A program made the translations under genes and the position numbers. Positions 28,256-42,648 of a DNA stretch of 64,000 nucleotides are shown here, piece after piece. The notes under the pieces were generated by a model, which had not been told where the DNA came from, did no database searches, and saw nothing but the letters and a program-made list of their open reading frames with translations. The stretch comes from Piromyces finnis finn (lineage: Eukaryota; Fungi; Neocallimastigomycota): NCBI GenBank assembly GCA_002104945.1, contig MCFH01000027.1, positions 372,001-436,000 on the forward strand, in the 5' to 3' direction. Every line of letters starts with the position of its first letter. The stretch's first letter is position 1.

Positions 28256-30153
28256 ATGGGCATAAAAGGATTAACAACATTCACAAATAAGTGCTTTGAA
28301 GAATTCGCAATATCGAAAGAAAATTTATTAAAAGAGAAAATTAAGGAATTAGAAAAGAAAAATGATAATTCAAAAGAAATAAAAGATATTTTAAAAACTT
28401 TGGAAAAAGAATTATTAATTAATAAAAAAAAGCAAAACGAAAAATGTCTTTCTTTTGATATTAATATGAATTTATTTAATTCACTGTCATTAGAAAGTGA
28501 TTTGAAAAAAATTCAATATCCAAAAATTAATAAAGATGGTAAATTATCATTAATTATTGATGCAAATTCTTTTTTCTTTTATTTTTCATCAAAAATCAAT
28601 TGGGTTACCTGTGATTATTCTAATTTTATTGAATTTTTAAAATTTGTAAGTAGACAAAATTATATTTACCAAAGAAATTCGAAAATCATAATATTTTTTT
28701 ACTAAAAAAAATAATAATAATAACTTTTTCATTATCATAATTATTATTGATAACAATAAATATATTATTTTTTAATAAATAATAGTATGTTAGGATATTT
28801 ATATCAATAAAAGATGTTAAAAATATATTTTTTATATTTGATGGAATAGAACCAATAAATAAAATAAATTCTGGAACTTCTATTAAAAGAATAAAAAGTA
28901 AAGGAAAAAGAATATTTAATAAAGTTAAGAATAGTGTAGTAAATAATAATATAAGAGCAAATTACGATGATATGGTAATAGCTTATAATCCACTTTATCC
29001 ACCACCTCTCACTATTATTATATATATGCAAGAATTAAGAAAAATAAGTAAAAATTTAAAAGACTTCAAGTTCCCAGTAAACTTAAAAGTAATTCAAGCA
29101 GAATATGAAGCTGATGTAATTGTAGCTAAATATGCAAGAAAATATAATGGGTAATTAAATATATAATTTTTCCTATTAATTATATTAACAAATTTATATA
29201 TCATTGCTAATACAAATTGTCTAATTATGCATATAAAATATTTGAAATAATTTGCCAATAAAGTTTTATTATAGGAAATGACTCCGACTATTTAATATAT
29301 GAATCACCGGGATATATACCACTAGATAGTATTACATTACCTGAAATGAAAAAAATAAAATATCCTTGTAAAAAAAAGTGGAAAATAGAATGTACTCTTT
29401 GGAAAATCAAAAGTTTATGTGATATATTAGATTTTCCCAGTTTATATTTGCCAGTTTTCGGTACATTATGTGGTAATGATTATATTGACTCATTTAAAAT
29501 ACCTATGAGTTTTGTTAAAGAATATACGGAAACTCTTATAAATTATTATATAGTTGATAAAATTGAATATGAAAATTATGATTCAAAAGAAATTCTTCGA
29601 GTTATCAACAAAAATGTTAATATATTTAATGATAAGGATACGCTGAAAGAGGCACTCGATGATTTTCCTAAACTAAAATATAAGATTAATGAGATTATTA
29701 GAACAAATGCTAATAAAGCAAATACAAAAAAGAAAAAGGTTAATGTGATACCTATAAAAGATGAAGACTTGAATAATATAGCCACTATAATATATAAAAA
29801 AAACTATATGAAGGTTTTAGTAGAATATCTTAAGAAGAAAATTTCAAAATCAGAAAAAAGAGTAATCTCAAATACTAGTAATAGTAGTATATCTCAAGAA
29901 AGGGAGTATAATAAAGTAAAGTTAATAAAAGCCTTGATTTTAGATATAGCAAAAGATAAAAATGAATCTGAGGAAAAATATCAAAAATTATATGATTTAG
30001 CTAAAGTTTATATTTCAAATGATGAATTTATTGAAAAGCAAAATTTTTCTGAATTTATAAACCAAAAAAATATTAATAAAATATCTGATTACTTTTACAA
30101 GGGATTATTCTATGGAAAAGAAGTAAAAGGTATGTATATTCAATTAAAAAGAA

Positions 30154-30196
<43 letters not shown>

Positions 30197-31233
30197 TGTT
30201 ATTTATTATTTAATATTATTTATATTTAGTTTTAAAGTATAAAACATTCCATTGTTCTCCTTATTTAGAAAATGTATTTAATGATTCGTGTTGGGAAATT
30301 ACTAATAAACTTAGAAAAAAATTATATTCAATATTATTTTCACTATATGGCTGTGATAATGAAAATAAATCTGTAACTATTGAAGAATATAAAAGAAAAA
30401 AAATTGAATTACATGAAGATGAAATTGATGAAATCGAAGAAAGTTATGATGACGAAAAAGTAAATAGCGTTTTCATTACAGTAGAAGAAACAAACCCTTC
30501 TATTATAAATCCTAAAACTAGAGAACTTAAATATTTCATTAATAAATATGTTAAAGAGGATATAATAATAAATTTAAAGAATATTGGTATTACAGAGAAA
30601 GAGAAATTTGCACTTTATAAAAAGATATTTTATTCAAGTAACATGAAAATGAATGGTGTTAAAAAGATTTTCATACCAATAGCTACATCCATTAGATTTT
30701 TTATAATTGAAACTTATAAAAGAAATAAATTGAACGCCATTACGGAACATGAATTGACAGCATTAATAGCATCAATAGTGTCATCAATGTCAAATCTTCT
30801 TGGAGTTCAAAACACTCGAAATAACAATTCTTCATTAAAAGTAACAAATAAAACAAGTCCATTGCCAAAAAACAAAGTATCCAAAATGACATTACATTTT
30901 ATTCATCGATTTTCCGAATTTCAAAATATAATATTTTTAAATATTTTTATATTATCAGCATTAACATTACTTGATTCCCCTTTTTTAAATAATAAATCAA
31001 ATATGATAAATCATTTCCATGAGTATTGTTGGGCATATGGTTTTCATAAATTTTTGGAATATTTTAAAACATTAGATTTTCTTCATAATGGTAAAGGAGA
31101 AAAGGAAGGACCATTTCATTCTAATTTTTTAAATAATGAATTTAAAATGATACTTAATGCCGTTATTGAAAATATTAATCACTATATTATTATAAATAAA
31201 GAAAAGCCCTTTTTAAAATATTACTTAAAATAA
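28256..31233 (+). CDS. Asteroid/XPG-like PIN-domain nuclease family protein (copy 1), 4 exons (28256-28645, 28786-29150, 29264-30129, 30230-31233)
   Basis: MGIKGL start, then IIDANS, FIFDG, PPPL, EYEAD, GNDSDYLIY and FGTLCGNDY. Splice phases are consistent. Confidence 0.85.
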
Positions 31234-32058
31234 CAAATCTTTAAAAAAAATTAAAATATAAATAATAATGCAAGCAAGTATTTAATTTAATTTGTTTATT
31301 TATTTATTCTTTTTCAAAAAAAAAAATAATAATAATAATAATAATTATAAATACGAATAATATTCATTTCAGAAATTTTGAAAATTTTTACAAATATACC
31401 CAGAAGATAAATTTTAAATTTTAATTGTGGATTTTTTATCTATTATCTACAACTATAAAGTTTAAAAAATATTAAATATAACAAAATAAAATATACCAAA
31501 AACATAATAATAGTAATAAATAATAATATCAAATAAATAAAAAAAAACTTTTTTTTATAAATAAAAGTATTATTATTTCAATATATTGATTTTTCAAGAT
31601 ATATATATTTTTCATTAAAAAAAAAAAAAAGGTTGTTATTTTTTATTATTTGAAATAACGTAAAGCAATTCCAAAAATCAAAAATGTAAATTATTTTATA
31701 TATAATTACATAATTTATATCATTAAATGTATAAAATTATAATAAATTTATATTATTTAAATTTTAAATCTTTAAATATTTTTAAAAAAAAAAAAGTGCA
31801 TACAATGATATTGACTATTAAGAATATCTTGTCAAATTTAAAAAGAAAAATCTAAACTCTAAAAATAGTATTATATATATTTATGTAATAATTTGAGTTT
31901 TTTTTTTTTTTCTTCTTCTTCTTCTTCTTCTTTTTTATTTCTTTATTTCTTTTTTTTTACTTTTAAAATTAAATAAAATCCTGAACCTTTAAATTTTAAG
32001 GAAATTTTAATTCCCATTTAAATAAAAATATAATCAAATATTTTTAATAAATATAACA

Positions 32059-33078
32059 ATGGGATGTGATTGTCCTGACGTTTTAAGTAATTTTAATTTT
32101 AGTTATATTGTAACAAATATACTTTATTACACAAAAGATTCATTATATTATTGTTATATTATACAATTAATTCTTGTTGGTTATGGATATATGAGATTTG
32201 GTAAAGGAAAATATTGGAAAACATTACTTATTGCATCATGTACAGGGTTATTAGGAGCAATATTAGAAAAAATATGTGTTGTATGGACTGATCATCCGAA
32301 AAACACAAATGCGAAATTAATATATATATTATTATTGTTGAATGAGCCATGTTGGATTATTACTGAATTTGCAATTCCATATTTAAATATGATCAAATTA
32401 AATGCAGTATTAGCAAAAAATGGACAAGATATTTTAAAAATATTTACTATAATTATGTTTATATTATTTTCAATATTTAGATTTAGAATTGGTTATTTAA
32501 GATATTCTTCTCATACCGTATTTAATGAAGAAATATTTCATGCCCATGGTTTTGCATTTAGTACCATGGCAATTACAGAATTCGTATTTAGTATATGTAT
32601 TTTAAAAAAAATAACAAAAAACTTTAATACAGCAAAGGAGAGAGGAGTCCATGATGAATTATATGATAAATCAAGAAAATCATCCCTTACTATTCTATTA
32701 TTAATTGATATATGTGGTATTATTTTAGCCATTTTATCAATGTTTAGTAATGATACTCTTGAAAAAGTTCTTAAACCTTTCCATTGTTTAAAATCAAATT
32801 CAATTTTAATTTTAGCATTTGATTCAATTATATTAAAATTAGATTCAAAAACTCATGGATTTAGTACATCAAGTTCATTTTATAAATCTTCCGCCAATGC
32901 CGAATCAACAACAAATTATATTCAATCTAGTCAAAATATAAATTGTCCCAAAAATAATTTATCGAATGAAAAAATTCATAGAGTAGATATAGAAAAATTG
33001 GGAAATATTAATGAAAATCCTACAACTAATATACCAAATTCATCATCTATTAACTCTATTCAAATAGCTAACAAATAA
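32059..33078 (+). CDS. Intronless 339-aa protein with about 7 transmembrane helices (GPCR-like topology, function unknown)
   Basis: Single ORF with seven hydrophobic stretches, a short N-terminus and an S/N-rich C-tail. Confidence 0.8.
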   Translation: MGCDCPDVLSNFNFSYIVTNILYYTKDSLYYCYIIQLILVGYGYMRFGKGKYWKTLLIASCTGLLGAILEKICVVWTDHPKNTNAKLIYILLLLNEPCWIITEFAIPYLNMIKLNAVLAKNGQDILKIFTIIMFILFSIFRFRIGYLRYSSHTVFNEEIFHAHGFAFSTMAITEFVFSICILKKITKNFNTAKERGVHDELYDKSRKSSLTILLLIDICGIILAILSMFSNDTLEKVLKPFHCLKSNSILILAFDSIILKLDSKTHGFSTSSSFYKSSANAESTTNYIQSSQNINCPKNNLSNEKIHRVDIEKLGNINENPTTNIPNSSSINSIQIANK

Positions 33079-33461
33079 TAAGTATAATAAAATTTAATAT
33101 TTATTATATATACATTTATCATAAAAAAAAAGGATTACAAAATTGGATTTCAATATGAAAATAAAATAATATATTTAATTATATTCACATATATGAAATA
33201 TTTTTTTAATGATACTATTAAATAGTTGTCTTACTTATTTAATAATTATAAATAATGCAAAATATTAGTATTATATGAAAAAATATTGTATATATATCCT
33301 ATTATTTAATTTGCATTTCTTTTATATAATATTAAAAAATATAACATTGCAATCATGCAAAATAAAAAAACAAATAGTTTATATAATAATAATAAAAATT
33401 ATTAATAAAATGATACACATAGTTTTTTCATATTTCTTATTTATTCATTTATTCATTAATA

Positions 33462-33462
33462 G

Positions 33463-33549
<87 letters not shown>

Positions 33550-33552
33550 TTT
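33462..33552. repeat. (TTTA)n microsatellite
   Basis: Read directly; it explains the FIYL repeat in spurious ORF 33275..33613. Confidence 0.9.
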
Positions 33553-34249
33553 GTTAAAGTTTAATACCATAAATTTATTTTTAGTGGAAAAATTACTTAA
33601 TAAAATAGTTTAAAATGAAAATATATTTTTTTATTAAAAGATTAGAAAAACTATAAATAGTTGTTATTATACTTCAATATGTCAGATACTTGATATTCAT
33701 GAAATTAATAATATTTAAAGTGATAAAGAAACATACAAAGATATTAATAGTTTTTTTTTTACAAAAAAAAAAAAGGAATTATATAATATGATTTATTATA
33801 ATAATTTATAACTATAAAAACAATTATGAAAAGGGTATTTACAATAAATAAAATGAAGAATATTAAAGATCAATATTATATGTATTTATTAATATAAATA
33901 TTCATTTTTATAATATTTATTATTAAAATTATTAATTATATAAACAAAAAAGATGAAAACATCTAAATATTGCTTGCTATAATCATATACAAATATTTCT
34001 TTTTTAGTTTTGCATATTTATTTATAAACTAATCTTTTATGTAAAAGTTGAATTTATACCACCAAAAATAATAAGTTTATTTAATATTCAAATTTAATAT
34101 ATACATTTAATTAGGATTAAGCTTTTAAATTTTAAAAATTCATTTATTATGAATAAAGTTAACCTAATCATATTATTATCCAATCAAATTAAATATTTAT
34201 CATTCATTAAATTTAGAATAATATCAATCAATAAATAAAATATAAATAC

Positions 34250-34268
34250 TAGCCCATATCCGGACCAT
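34250..34268 (+). promoter_or_regulatory. Candidate U1 snRNA proximal promoter element (tagcccatatccggaccat), preceded by a TATA-like tataaata
   Basis: Only GC-rich block in otherwise AT-only DNA, 12-30 nt upstream of U1. Function is inferred from position alone. Confidence 0.35.
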
Positions 34269-34279
34269 ATTAAATTTTC

Positions 34280-34446
34280 ATACTTACCTGGCGAGTGTAA
34301 TTTCGTGATCAAGAAGGCGAAATACATGGTTTGGTTGTTTCACATTGCACAAAGTGAAGTGATCAGGCTGCGAACGTTCTATACGAATGTCTCGGTCGCA
34401 TAATTTTTGGTAGTGGGGATTACAGGCGTTCGCGCCAGTTTTCCCT
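34280..34446 (+). ncRNA. U1: U1 spliceosomal snRNA (compact, about 165 nt)
   Basis: 5' ATACTTACCTGG; stem-loop I with GATCAAGAAG (U1-70K site); stem-loop II with ATTGCAC (U1A site); Sm site AATTTTTGG at 34402-34410; terminal stem-loop with GGCG-TTCG-CGCC. Confidence 0.97.
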
Positions 34447-34753
34447 TTTATTAATTAATTTAATTTAAAAACTTTGTAATCAAATAATATATTTTTTAAT
34501 AATTTTAATAATTTGTAAATTTAAGAAGAATTTTTGGATGTTGATTAAGAATAAAAGATTAAGAATAAAAGTTTAGTTGCAAATATTAATATTTTAATAA
34601 TATTGATATTTTATTTTGAAATAAAACATTTAAGGTTTGATTTTATATTAAACTATTTAATTATTATTTTTATTTTGTATTTTTAACACTTTATTTCATT
34701 CTATTCTATCATTATTATTTATTATTTTTTTTTTTAATTGTATTTCATTATAA

Positions 34754-37410
34754 ATGGAGGATATTCTTAAGAGGTTTTATTTCTAATATAAATTTTGTTG
34801 GTTTTAAATAAACTTTTTCATTTATATTTTATTGATATAGTTTACAGTTATTTAAATTAGTCGAACCAGGTGAACAGTTAATTAATGATAAAAGATATGA
34901 TGAAGGTGTATCCTATTTTTCTAAATTAATTGGTAATTTTATAATAAATTGATATAAAAGTATATAAGTATAGGAAAGAAGAATTTTTTTTTTTCTTTTT
35001 TCTTTTTTTTTTTTTTTTTTTTTTTGTATATTATTCCTAATTATTAAAGCTATTTCTTTTAATATATGTATCAATAATTATTATTTAGAGAAATTTCCAA
35101 ATGAAGCTGAGTTATATAATAAAAGAGCATCTTGTTATATTTATTTAGAAAATGCTGAAAAAGCTATTGAGGATAGTACAAAAGCCATTAGTTTAGATAA
35201 ATTAAATTTAAAGTCCTATTTTCGTAATTTACGTTGTTATATTTTTTTGGGAAATGTTGAAAAAGCAAAATATTATGCGGAAAATGGATTAAAATTTTCA
35301 AAAAAGACAAACATATCAAAAATGAATAACAAGTTATTTGAAACTGAAGTAATATAAAAATATATATATGTATTAATTTTTATTAAACACTTTTTCAAAA
35401 TGTTTAGAGAATTAATGAATATTTTCTGCTTATTACCCCTAATAAAATATAAACGAATTACACCAAAATTTGAAGTTAAATAATATTATTAAACTGGAAG
35501 AACTTTTAAAGAACGTTAAACTAAATTATCAAAGAAGAAAATATACAAATGCTTTAAAATATTTAGAGGAAGCATTTTTAATTGCAGATCCAACTTTGGA
35601 GCAACGTATAAAATTGAGAGATGGTAATGAATAATCATTATATACCTATTTTTTTTTTAAAATACTTTATAAAATATGAAATTGTTTCTTAAAAAATGAA
35701 ATGAAAAAAAAAAAAAAGCCAATATATATATACGTATTATTTATATATTTATTTATTTATAAATATAATATATTAGGTATTAGCATGTTTGGTAATATAT
35801 CAACAAACGGAGTTTGCAAAGAGTGGCAACTATTTCGTGGAAAGATTTTATTAAAGTGTAAACAATTTACAAGTGCAAAAAAGATTGCAAGGTTATTATA
35901 ATTTTTAAGTATATATATATATATATTATTTTTTTTTATCTTAACTATTTAATAACTGTTTGGGAATGACATCTATTATTTAAAATAGTAATTTATAACC
36001 ATTAAATCATCATCATTGATGTCTATTTTATATTATATTATAATAGTACAATGACAAATAAATATCCGTTATATTTACATGGTCAATTTTTTAGTACATA
36101 TATGCAATATATATATGACGAAATTCCAACGAATGATATTATTATGAAACTTAAGGATATAATTAAGAGTTTAAATAATGATGATGATAATGAAGTGGAT
36201 CTTTTTGAAAATGATGATATTTTAAATGAAGTATTAGATTTTCATAGAGCTGTTGAGGAAATTGAACGTTTAAAAAAGAAACATAATGATGAATATAACC
36301 AAGAAAAATATAAATCAGCAGATAATGGTTATTATCAATGTTTAAAGACATTAGATTTTTATGAATTATATGGAATATCCTATATTAAACTATTAAGTAA
36401 TATATCAAATACAAAAAGTAAGGTAAAGTTTATCATAATAAAAAAAAAGTCAAAAAATAACAATTACAATGATATATATAATTATAATTGAGATAGAGTA
36501 ATTTTTAATTTTCAACTATCTAAATTTAAATATAGTTAAATAATTATAGATTATCAGTAAATTATTGTACAAGTGGTATTGAAATGTTAGAAAATATTAT
36601 TATTGGTAGTAATAAAAAAAAGGTTGAAATAAAAATTAGGGAAATTAATAAATCTTCATTTAAGTATTTGTTTACTAAATTATACATGAGAAGAGCATCC
36701 TCCTATAGACAACAAAAATTTTATGAAAAGGCAATCCATGATTATGAATTTTTATTAAAATTACTACCTGATGATAATGGTATATGTTTTTTTTTTTTTT
36801 TTTTTTTTTCTAGTAGTTATTGTATTATGTGTATTATATGTATTATATATATTATTAATAATATTAGTATAATAAATTTATTTTTATTTTATTCTTTTTC
36901 TTTTTATTAGAAATTAAACAAAACTTAAATGATACGAAATATGAAAAAGAAAATAAAAATAATAATTCTAAAGATAACAATAGTAATAATAACAATAACA
37001 ATAGTTATAAAAATAATAATAGCTCAGCCGACCTAAATACAGATGATAATTACTATACATTGTTAGGATTAAAATTTGAAGATAATCCTGATATTAATAC
37101 AATTAAAAAATCTTTTCATAAAATGGCTCTTAAATACCATCCTGATAAATGTACTGGTAAAAGTAGTATTCAAAAAGAGGAGGCTGAACGAAAATTTAAA
37201 AAAATTAATGAAGCTTACTCTGTATTATCTAACAATGATTCAAAGCAAGCTTATGATAATAAATTAAAGTATTCTAATTTCTTTAAGGTTTATTTTGATT
37301 CAAAACCTGATAAAACGCCACAAAAGAAACAAACTGTTTCAACAGATGAATTATTGGATCGATTTATTAATGAAGAAAATAAGAAAAAATTCTTTTTTGG
37401 ATGGTTTTAA
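34754..37410 (+). CDS. TPR-repeat plus C-terminal J-domain co-chaperone (DNAJC7-like), about 8 exons
   Basis: TPR-like LYNKRASCYIYLENAEKAIEDSTKAISLD and LYMRRASSYRQQKFYEKAIHDY; J domain YYTLLG...IKKSFHKMALKYHPDK...FKKINEAYSVLS. Confidence 0.85.
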
Positions 37411-37911
37411 TTTTTCTTTTTTTTTTTTTTTTTTTTTTTTTAAATAAAAATATAATAGTTGTAAATATTTTGTACTTTTGAATCTTTTTTTTTAATCAAC
37501 TATAAAAATAAATATATATCAATATTTAATTATTAATACTTTTATTTTACAAAATAGATATCATTAAAATTTATATATATATTTTATTTAAATTATATTA
37601 ATTTTTATCAATGATTATAAAGTTAAAAAATGATTATTGTTAGTATTTCAATGAAAAAAACAACAACAATAACAAAAAAAAAAAAAAAAAAAAATCTAAT
37701 ATTCTATAAAAATTTATAATGAATTTACTTGATCAATTTTTATTAAATAAAATAAATTAGTAAAAATAAATTAAAAAAATAAGATTGGTTTTTTATGTTT
37801 TTTTTTTTTTTTTTTTATCTTTTGATTATATTATTAATTTAAAAATAGACTATATGGAATTGTGTAGGTAAACGATGTTATTAAAATAAATAATTAATTC
37901 CAATCATTAAT

Positions 37912-40900
37912 CTAATTTTTTCTCTTCTTTCTTTCACGATCATATTTATTTTGTTCCCCTTGTTCATTACCAAGCATACTAATATTTTTATTTTTGAAAT
38001 AAAAAATAAATATTTTAGTATAATAAATAACGATGACGACAACAACAACAACAATATATATTCAATAATACTGTACCCATAAATTCCCTTAATCTTTTCT
38101 TTGTATTCTCTATCCTTTTCTCTGATTTCTTGTAATCTCTTACGAGCCAAGAACATATTATCTTTACGTAATTCACGTAAGGCACCCTTCTTTTCTTTTT
38201 GTACTTGAGCCTTTAACTTGTTATATTCAGCACGTTCACGGTTCTTATCATAATGTTTATCAACAGAGTAGCTATATAATATTTTAATAATATATTAATT
38301 TATCAGTATTATAAATATAAAATCCAATTATTTATATTAATTCATTTATAATTACTTTTCTTCAAATTTAGGAACAATTGAAGCAATTGCAACTGGTTTA
38401 CGCTTTTGCCATTGTAATGATCTTCTTTTAATACCTTCACCAGCGATATATGAATTTATGTTTGATTTAAATTTATTTATAGATTCCTTTAATTTATCTG
38501 AAACTGGCATTTTTTCTAAATCAGAAACTAATTTTTCAACACCAGAGAATATTTCTTTAAGACAACCAATATCCATATATAATCTTGAATACTTTTCGAG
38601 AAGTTCAATACATAAACCGATGATTGATATTCTTTATATTATTATTATTATTATTAAAACATATTATATAAATAATATTTATAATAGTTAATACATAATT
38701 CTAATGATTTATTTTTTTTTATTCCTTCTCCCCTTTTACTTCCTTAATTGTTTAATTATAGATAATAATAAAATAAAATACCTTAATTCATTACTCTTGC
38801 AATATTTAATATATTCTTTCTTTGAAGTATTATTGCTCATAATTAATGATAAATTCAATGCCTTTAATTCAACATTTTCCCAATCCTTTCCGGTTAAACT
38901 GTATTTAGTATTGTTTACTAAAATATTCGAATTTAACATATCTGCTTTTGTGTTTTTAGATATATATGATTCTGGTACAATAATTAATAATGTCTTCATT
39001 ATAAAGTTCATTGCTTCTGGGATATATCTTTTGGATTGTTTTTGAGTCTTTAATCATCAAACAATAAATATGATAATATTAATGCATTTTATTTATTTTA
39101 ATATATTAATTTATTTATAATATTTATATAGCTTACCATATACATAATATTACAAAGGTAAAGTCCTCTTACAATATCTCTTTCATTATTTATAATAGCT
39201 TGAGATAAGTAATTTTCCATAATTAATAATGCTGGTGTAATAATTGGATGGGAATAATCAGATGTTGAGTAAATAACAGTAATTAATTGAAGGAAAATTA
39301 AATCATTTAAGTTTATGATTTCTTTGCCATTTACAGATAATTTTTTTGTTATCTTTTTCTCAATTTGTATCAATTTGTTTTTTGCGTAATCATTAAAATA
39401 TTCTATAAATTGAAAAGCAAAAGACAAAATACATCTGGTGTAACGGTTAATTTCGTCAAATGAAACTTCACTTTTGTTTGTTAAATAATTTAAATGTTGT
39501 AAAATGATACCAAAGAAATACTAATATTTTAAATATAAATTAATATGAAAATAAATAATTTAATATATTTTTTAATTTAATGTGAAACTATCATTTATAG
39601 AAAAAATAAAATATATAATAGATAGAATAAAAAATAAGTAAATAAATAATATATATATTTATTTATACATACAGTAAGTTTATCTTTATTTTGAGGATGA
39701 ATCTTGACATTATATAAAATTCTAATACGTTTAATGATGGTCATTTGGTCTTGAATACTCTTATCTTTAATTAATTCTAAGAATTTACTATGACTTTCTG
39801 GAATACTGAAAACATATCCTAATTCATTTTTAGCTTGTTCATGTCTTTCTTTTCTTCTTTTTTCTATTTCTTTTTTAACATTTTCATCTTGTTCTAAAGA
39901 TTGTTTATTTGTCTTTTTTATAACTTCTAATTCATCATCTCCACTTTCATTATCATCCTCATTTTCATTTTTATCATCATCTTCATTTAAAATATCATCA
40001 TTATCAGTTTCTTCTTCACCTTCATCTTCTTCATCTTCAGCGTCATCATCATCATCATCATTTTCATCATCATCATCACTAATTTCTTCATCATCATCAT
40101 CCTTTGCTTTTCTTTTTCTAGAAAAACCTATATCTTGATTAATTAATTTACCATCCTTATATGTTAAAGGCATGCTTTCCTCTTCATCGTAATTATAATC
40201 AAGACCGTCATCTAAATCATCAGCTTGAGCTGGTCTATTTTTAGAATCATTTTCTTCTTCTTCATCTGAATCTATTCCATTCATACGTCTTTGACGATCT
40301 CTCTATTTTAAGGCATTTCAATTTATATTTAAAATTATTTTGTATTGTTTGTATTTTATAGATAATATTATTATTTTGTATTATTTGTATTTTATAGATA
40401 ATATTATTATTAGAAACATAAATGTTATATTCAATATTATGTTAAAATCCCAATTAATTTAGATTATTATTGATTAATAAAATACACATAACCATTTATA
40501 TATTTAATATTTAATAAGATAAATATTATTTAAATTATACATACTTCAGCTCTTTCCAATTTTTCCTTTGCTTCAATAGCAAGTTCTTCTTCGCTCTTTA
40601 ATCTATCAGTAGGTCTAGCTCTTCTGTCAGATGCAACAGCCTTCAAGAAACTATTATATTGATCATCAGTTTTTGATCTTTTAATTTTTAATTTTTCTTT
40701 TTCTTCTTCATTTTTCTCTGTTAAGGATTGATTAACAAGTTTTTTAATGTCTTCAAGTTCAGCATCAACTTCATTTTTAATTTCTTCATTTTCTTCTTTT
40801 TCCTTTTGTCTTTCATACTATTATATTGATAATATTAATTAATTTTTTATTCAACTTTTGAATAATTGTATAATTGTAAAGTTTCTAAAAAAAAATTTTT

Positions 40901-42028
40901 TTTTAAGATGAATTATTTAATAATAATAATTGGAAATACATACTTTATAGTATTTACTTTTAGCTATCAATTCTTTCATAATTTCAGATTTGGATTTTTT
41001 TTCTCCACTTTTTTCTTCTTCCTATAAAATTTTTGAAAAATCATTAATACATATTCTTTTTGTATATATATATTTTTACATTAATATTACTTACTTCGTC
41101 AAAACCACCAAAGTGATCTTGATGAACAGTAAATTGGTCAATTTGACCATCTATAAAATAATCATAATAAAAATATTTAAATTAGATTAAAACAACAACA
41201 TCCTTGAAAAAATCTTTAACTAAAAATGTGTTTTCTTACTATCTGATTCATCATCTGAATGGACTATATCATCTCCTAAATGGTCTCCTAAAGCTTGTCC
41301 AAAATGTGTTAATTGTTCATCTTCTAAATTAAAATCTCCATGATTTGATTTTCTCTATTATTTCGAATAGTTTCAATTTATATGCATATATTTATATATT
41401 GATGATAATAAATATAATTAATATTATTAAATAAGTTGTGAAATTGATTTTTTTTATAAGCAATTATATTGATATTTTAAAAAATAAAAATAAAATTAAA
41501 ATACCTGTTTTTCCCTAATAAATCTTTCCATCATTTTATCTTCAAGTGATAAGGTAGGATCATTTTCACCAAAACGTCTATCAACAAATGAAGAATTTTT
41601 GTTTCTTTTTTCATATTCTACTAATAAGGTATTTTTTCTCTGTTATTCATAATAAAAATGATTATTATAGACATTGAAAAATATTTATTACTTCATACTT
41701 TTAAGAAATATATTTAAAAATTATTGTTTTATTAAAAAAATATCTTTAATACAGTTTTTTCAGCTTTTGAACGGGCTTGTCCTGGTTTTCCTTGAATACC
41801 TTTAATTTTTCTTCCCATAATATCATGCTTTTGTTTTGTGAATTTAATTTCAAATGGATTAGTTTCTTTCTTTAAATTTTCAAGTTTTTCCTTTGTCTTT
41901 TTTCTTAATTCTTTTTTATCGAAACCTTTTTTTTTTGAGCTAACATTTTCACCAATAATTCCAGAACTCTTTAATCTGGTCTTAAGTCTCTTTAAAGCAG
42001 AGACATTTGACTTTTTTTGATTTACCAT
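37912..42028 (-). CDS. NOP14: Nucleolar protein 14 (SSU processome), multi-exon
   Basis: NPFEIKFTKQKHDIMGRK, FVDRRFGENDP, LTHFGQAL, HFGG, KSKSEIMKELIAKSKYYK, PTDRLKSEEE, LQWQKRKPVAIASIVPKFEE and EKKGALRELRKDNMFLAR. Confidence 0.95.
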
Positions 42029-42218
42029 TTTATTTTTTGACTTTTTTTTAATTCTATTATAACTATTATTATTTTAAAAGCTATATCTTATTTAAATAAA
42101 TACACTTTTCAACAAATACTTTTATTTTTAATTTAAAAAAATAATAATAATAATAATAATGAAATTTTAAATTTTTAAATTTCAAAATTTCAAAATTATT
42201 TATTAATTTTAAATTACC

Positions 42219-42249
<31 letters not shown>

Positions 42250-42333
42250 CTTCAAAATGTTTATTGGTTAAAGTTAATCTAACCAATTATTTATTATTAA
42301 ATTATAATATGTATTAAAAGAAAAATGTAATAC

Positions 42334-42648
42334 AAATAAATAAATAAATAACTAAATAAATAACTAAATAAATAAATAAATAACTAAATAAATAAATAAA
42401 TATATAAATAAATAAATGGATAAATAAATAAATAACTAAATAAATAAATAACTAACTAACTAAATAAATAAATAAATCAATAAAAAACTAACTAAATAAA
42501 TAAATAAATCAATAAAAAACTAACTAAATAAAAAACTAAATAAATAAATAACTAAATAAATAAATAACTAACTAACTAAATAAATAAATAAATCAATAAA
42601 AAACTAACTAAATAAAAAACTAACTAAATCAATCAATCAATAAATCAA
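42334..42648. repeat. Compound (TAAA/TAAC/TCAA)n microsatellite with internal duplicated blocks
   Basis: Read directly; lies about 300 bp upstream of the NOP14 start. Confidence 0.9.
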
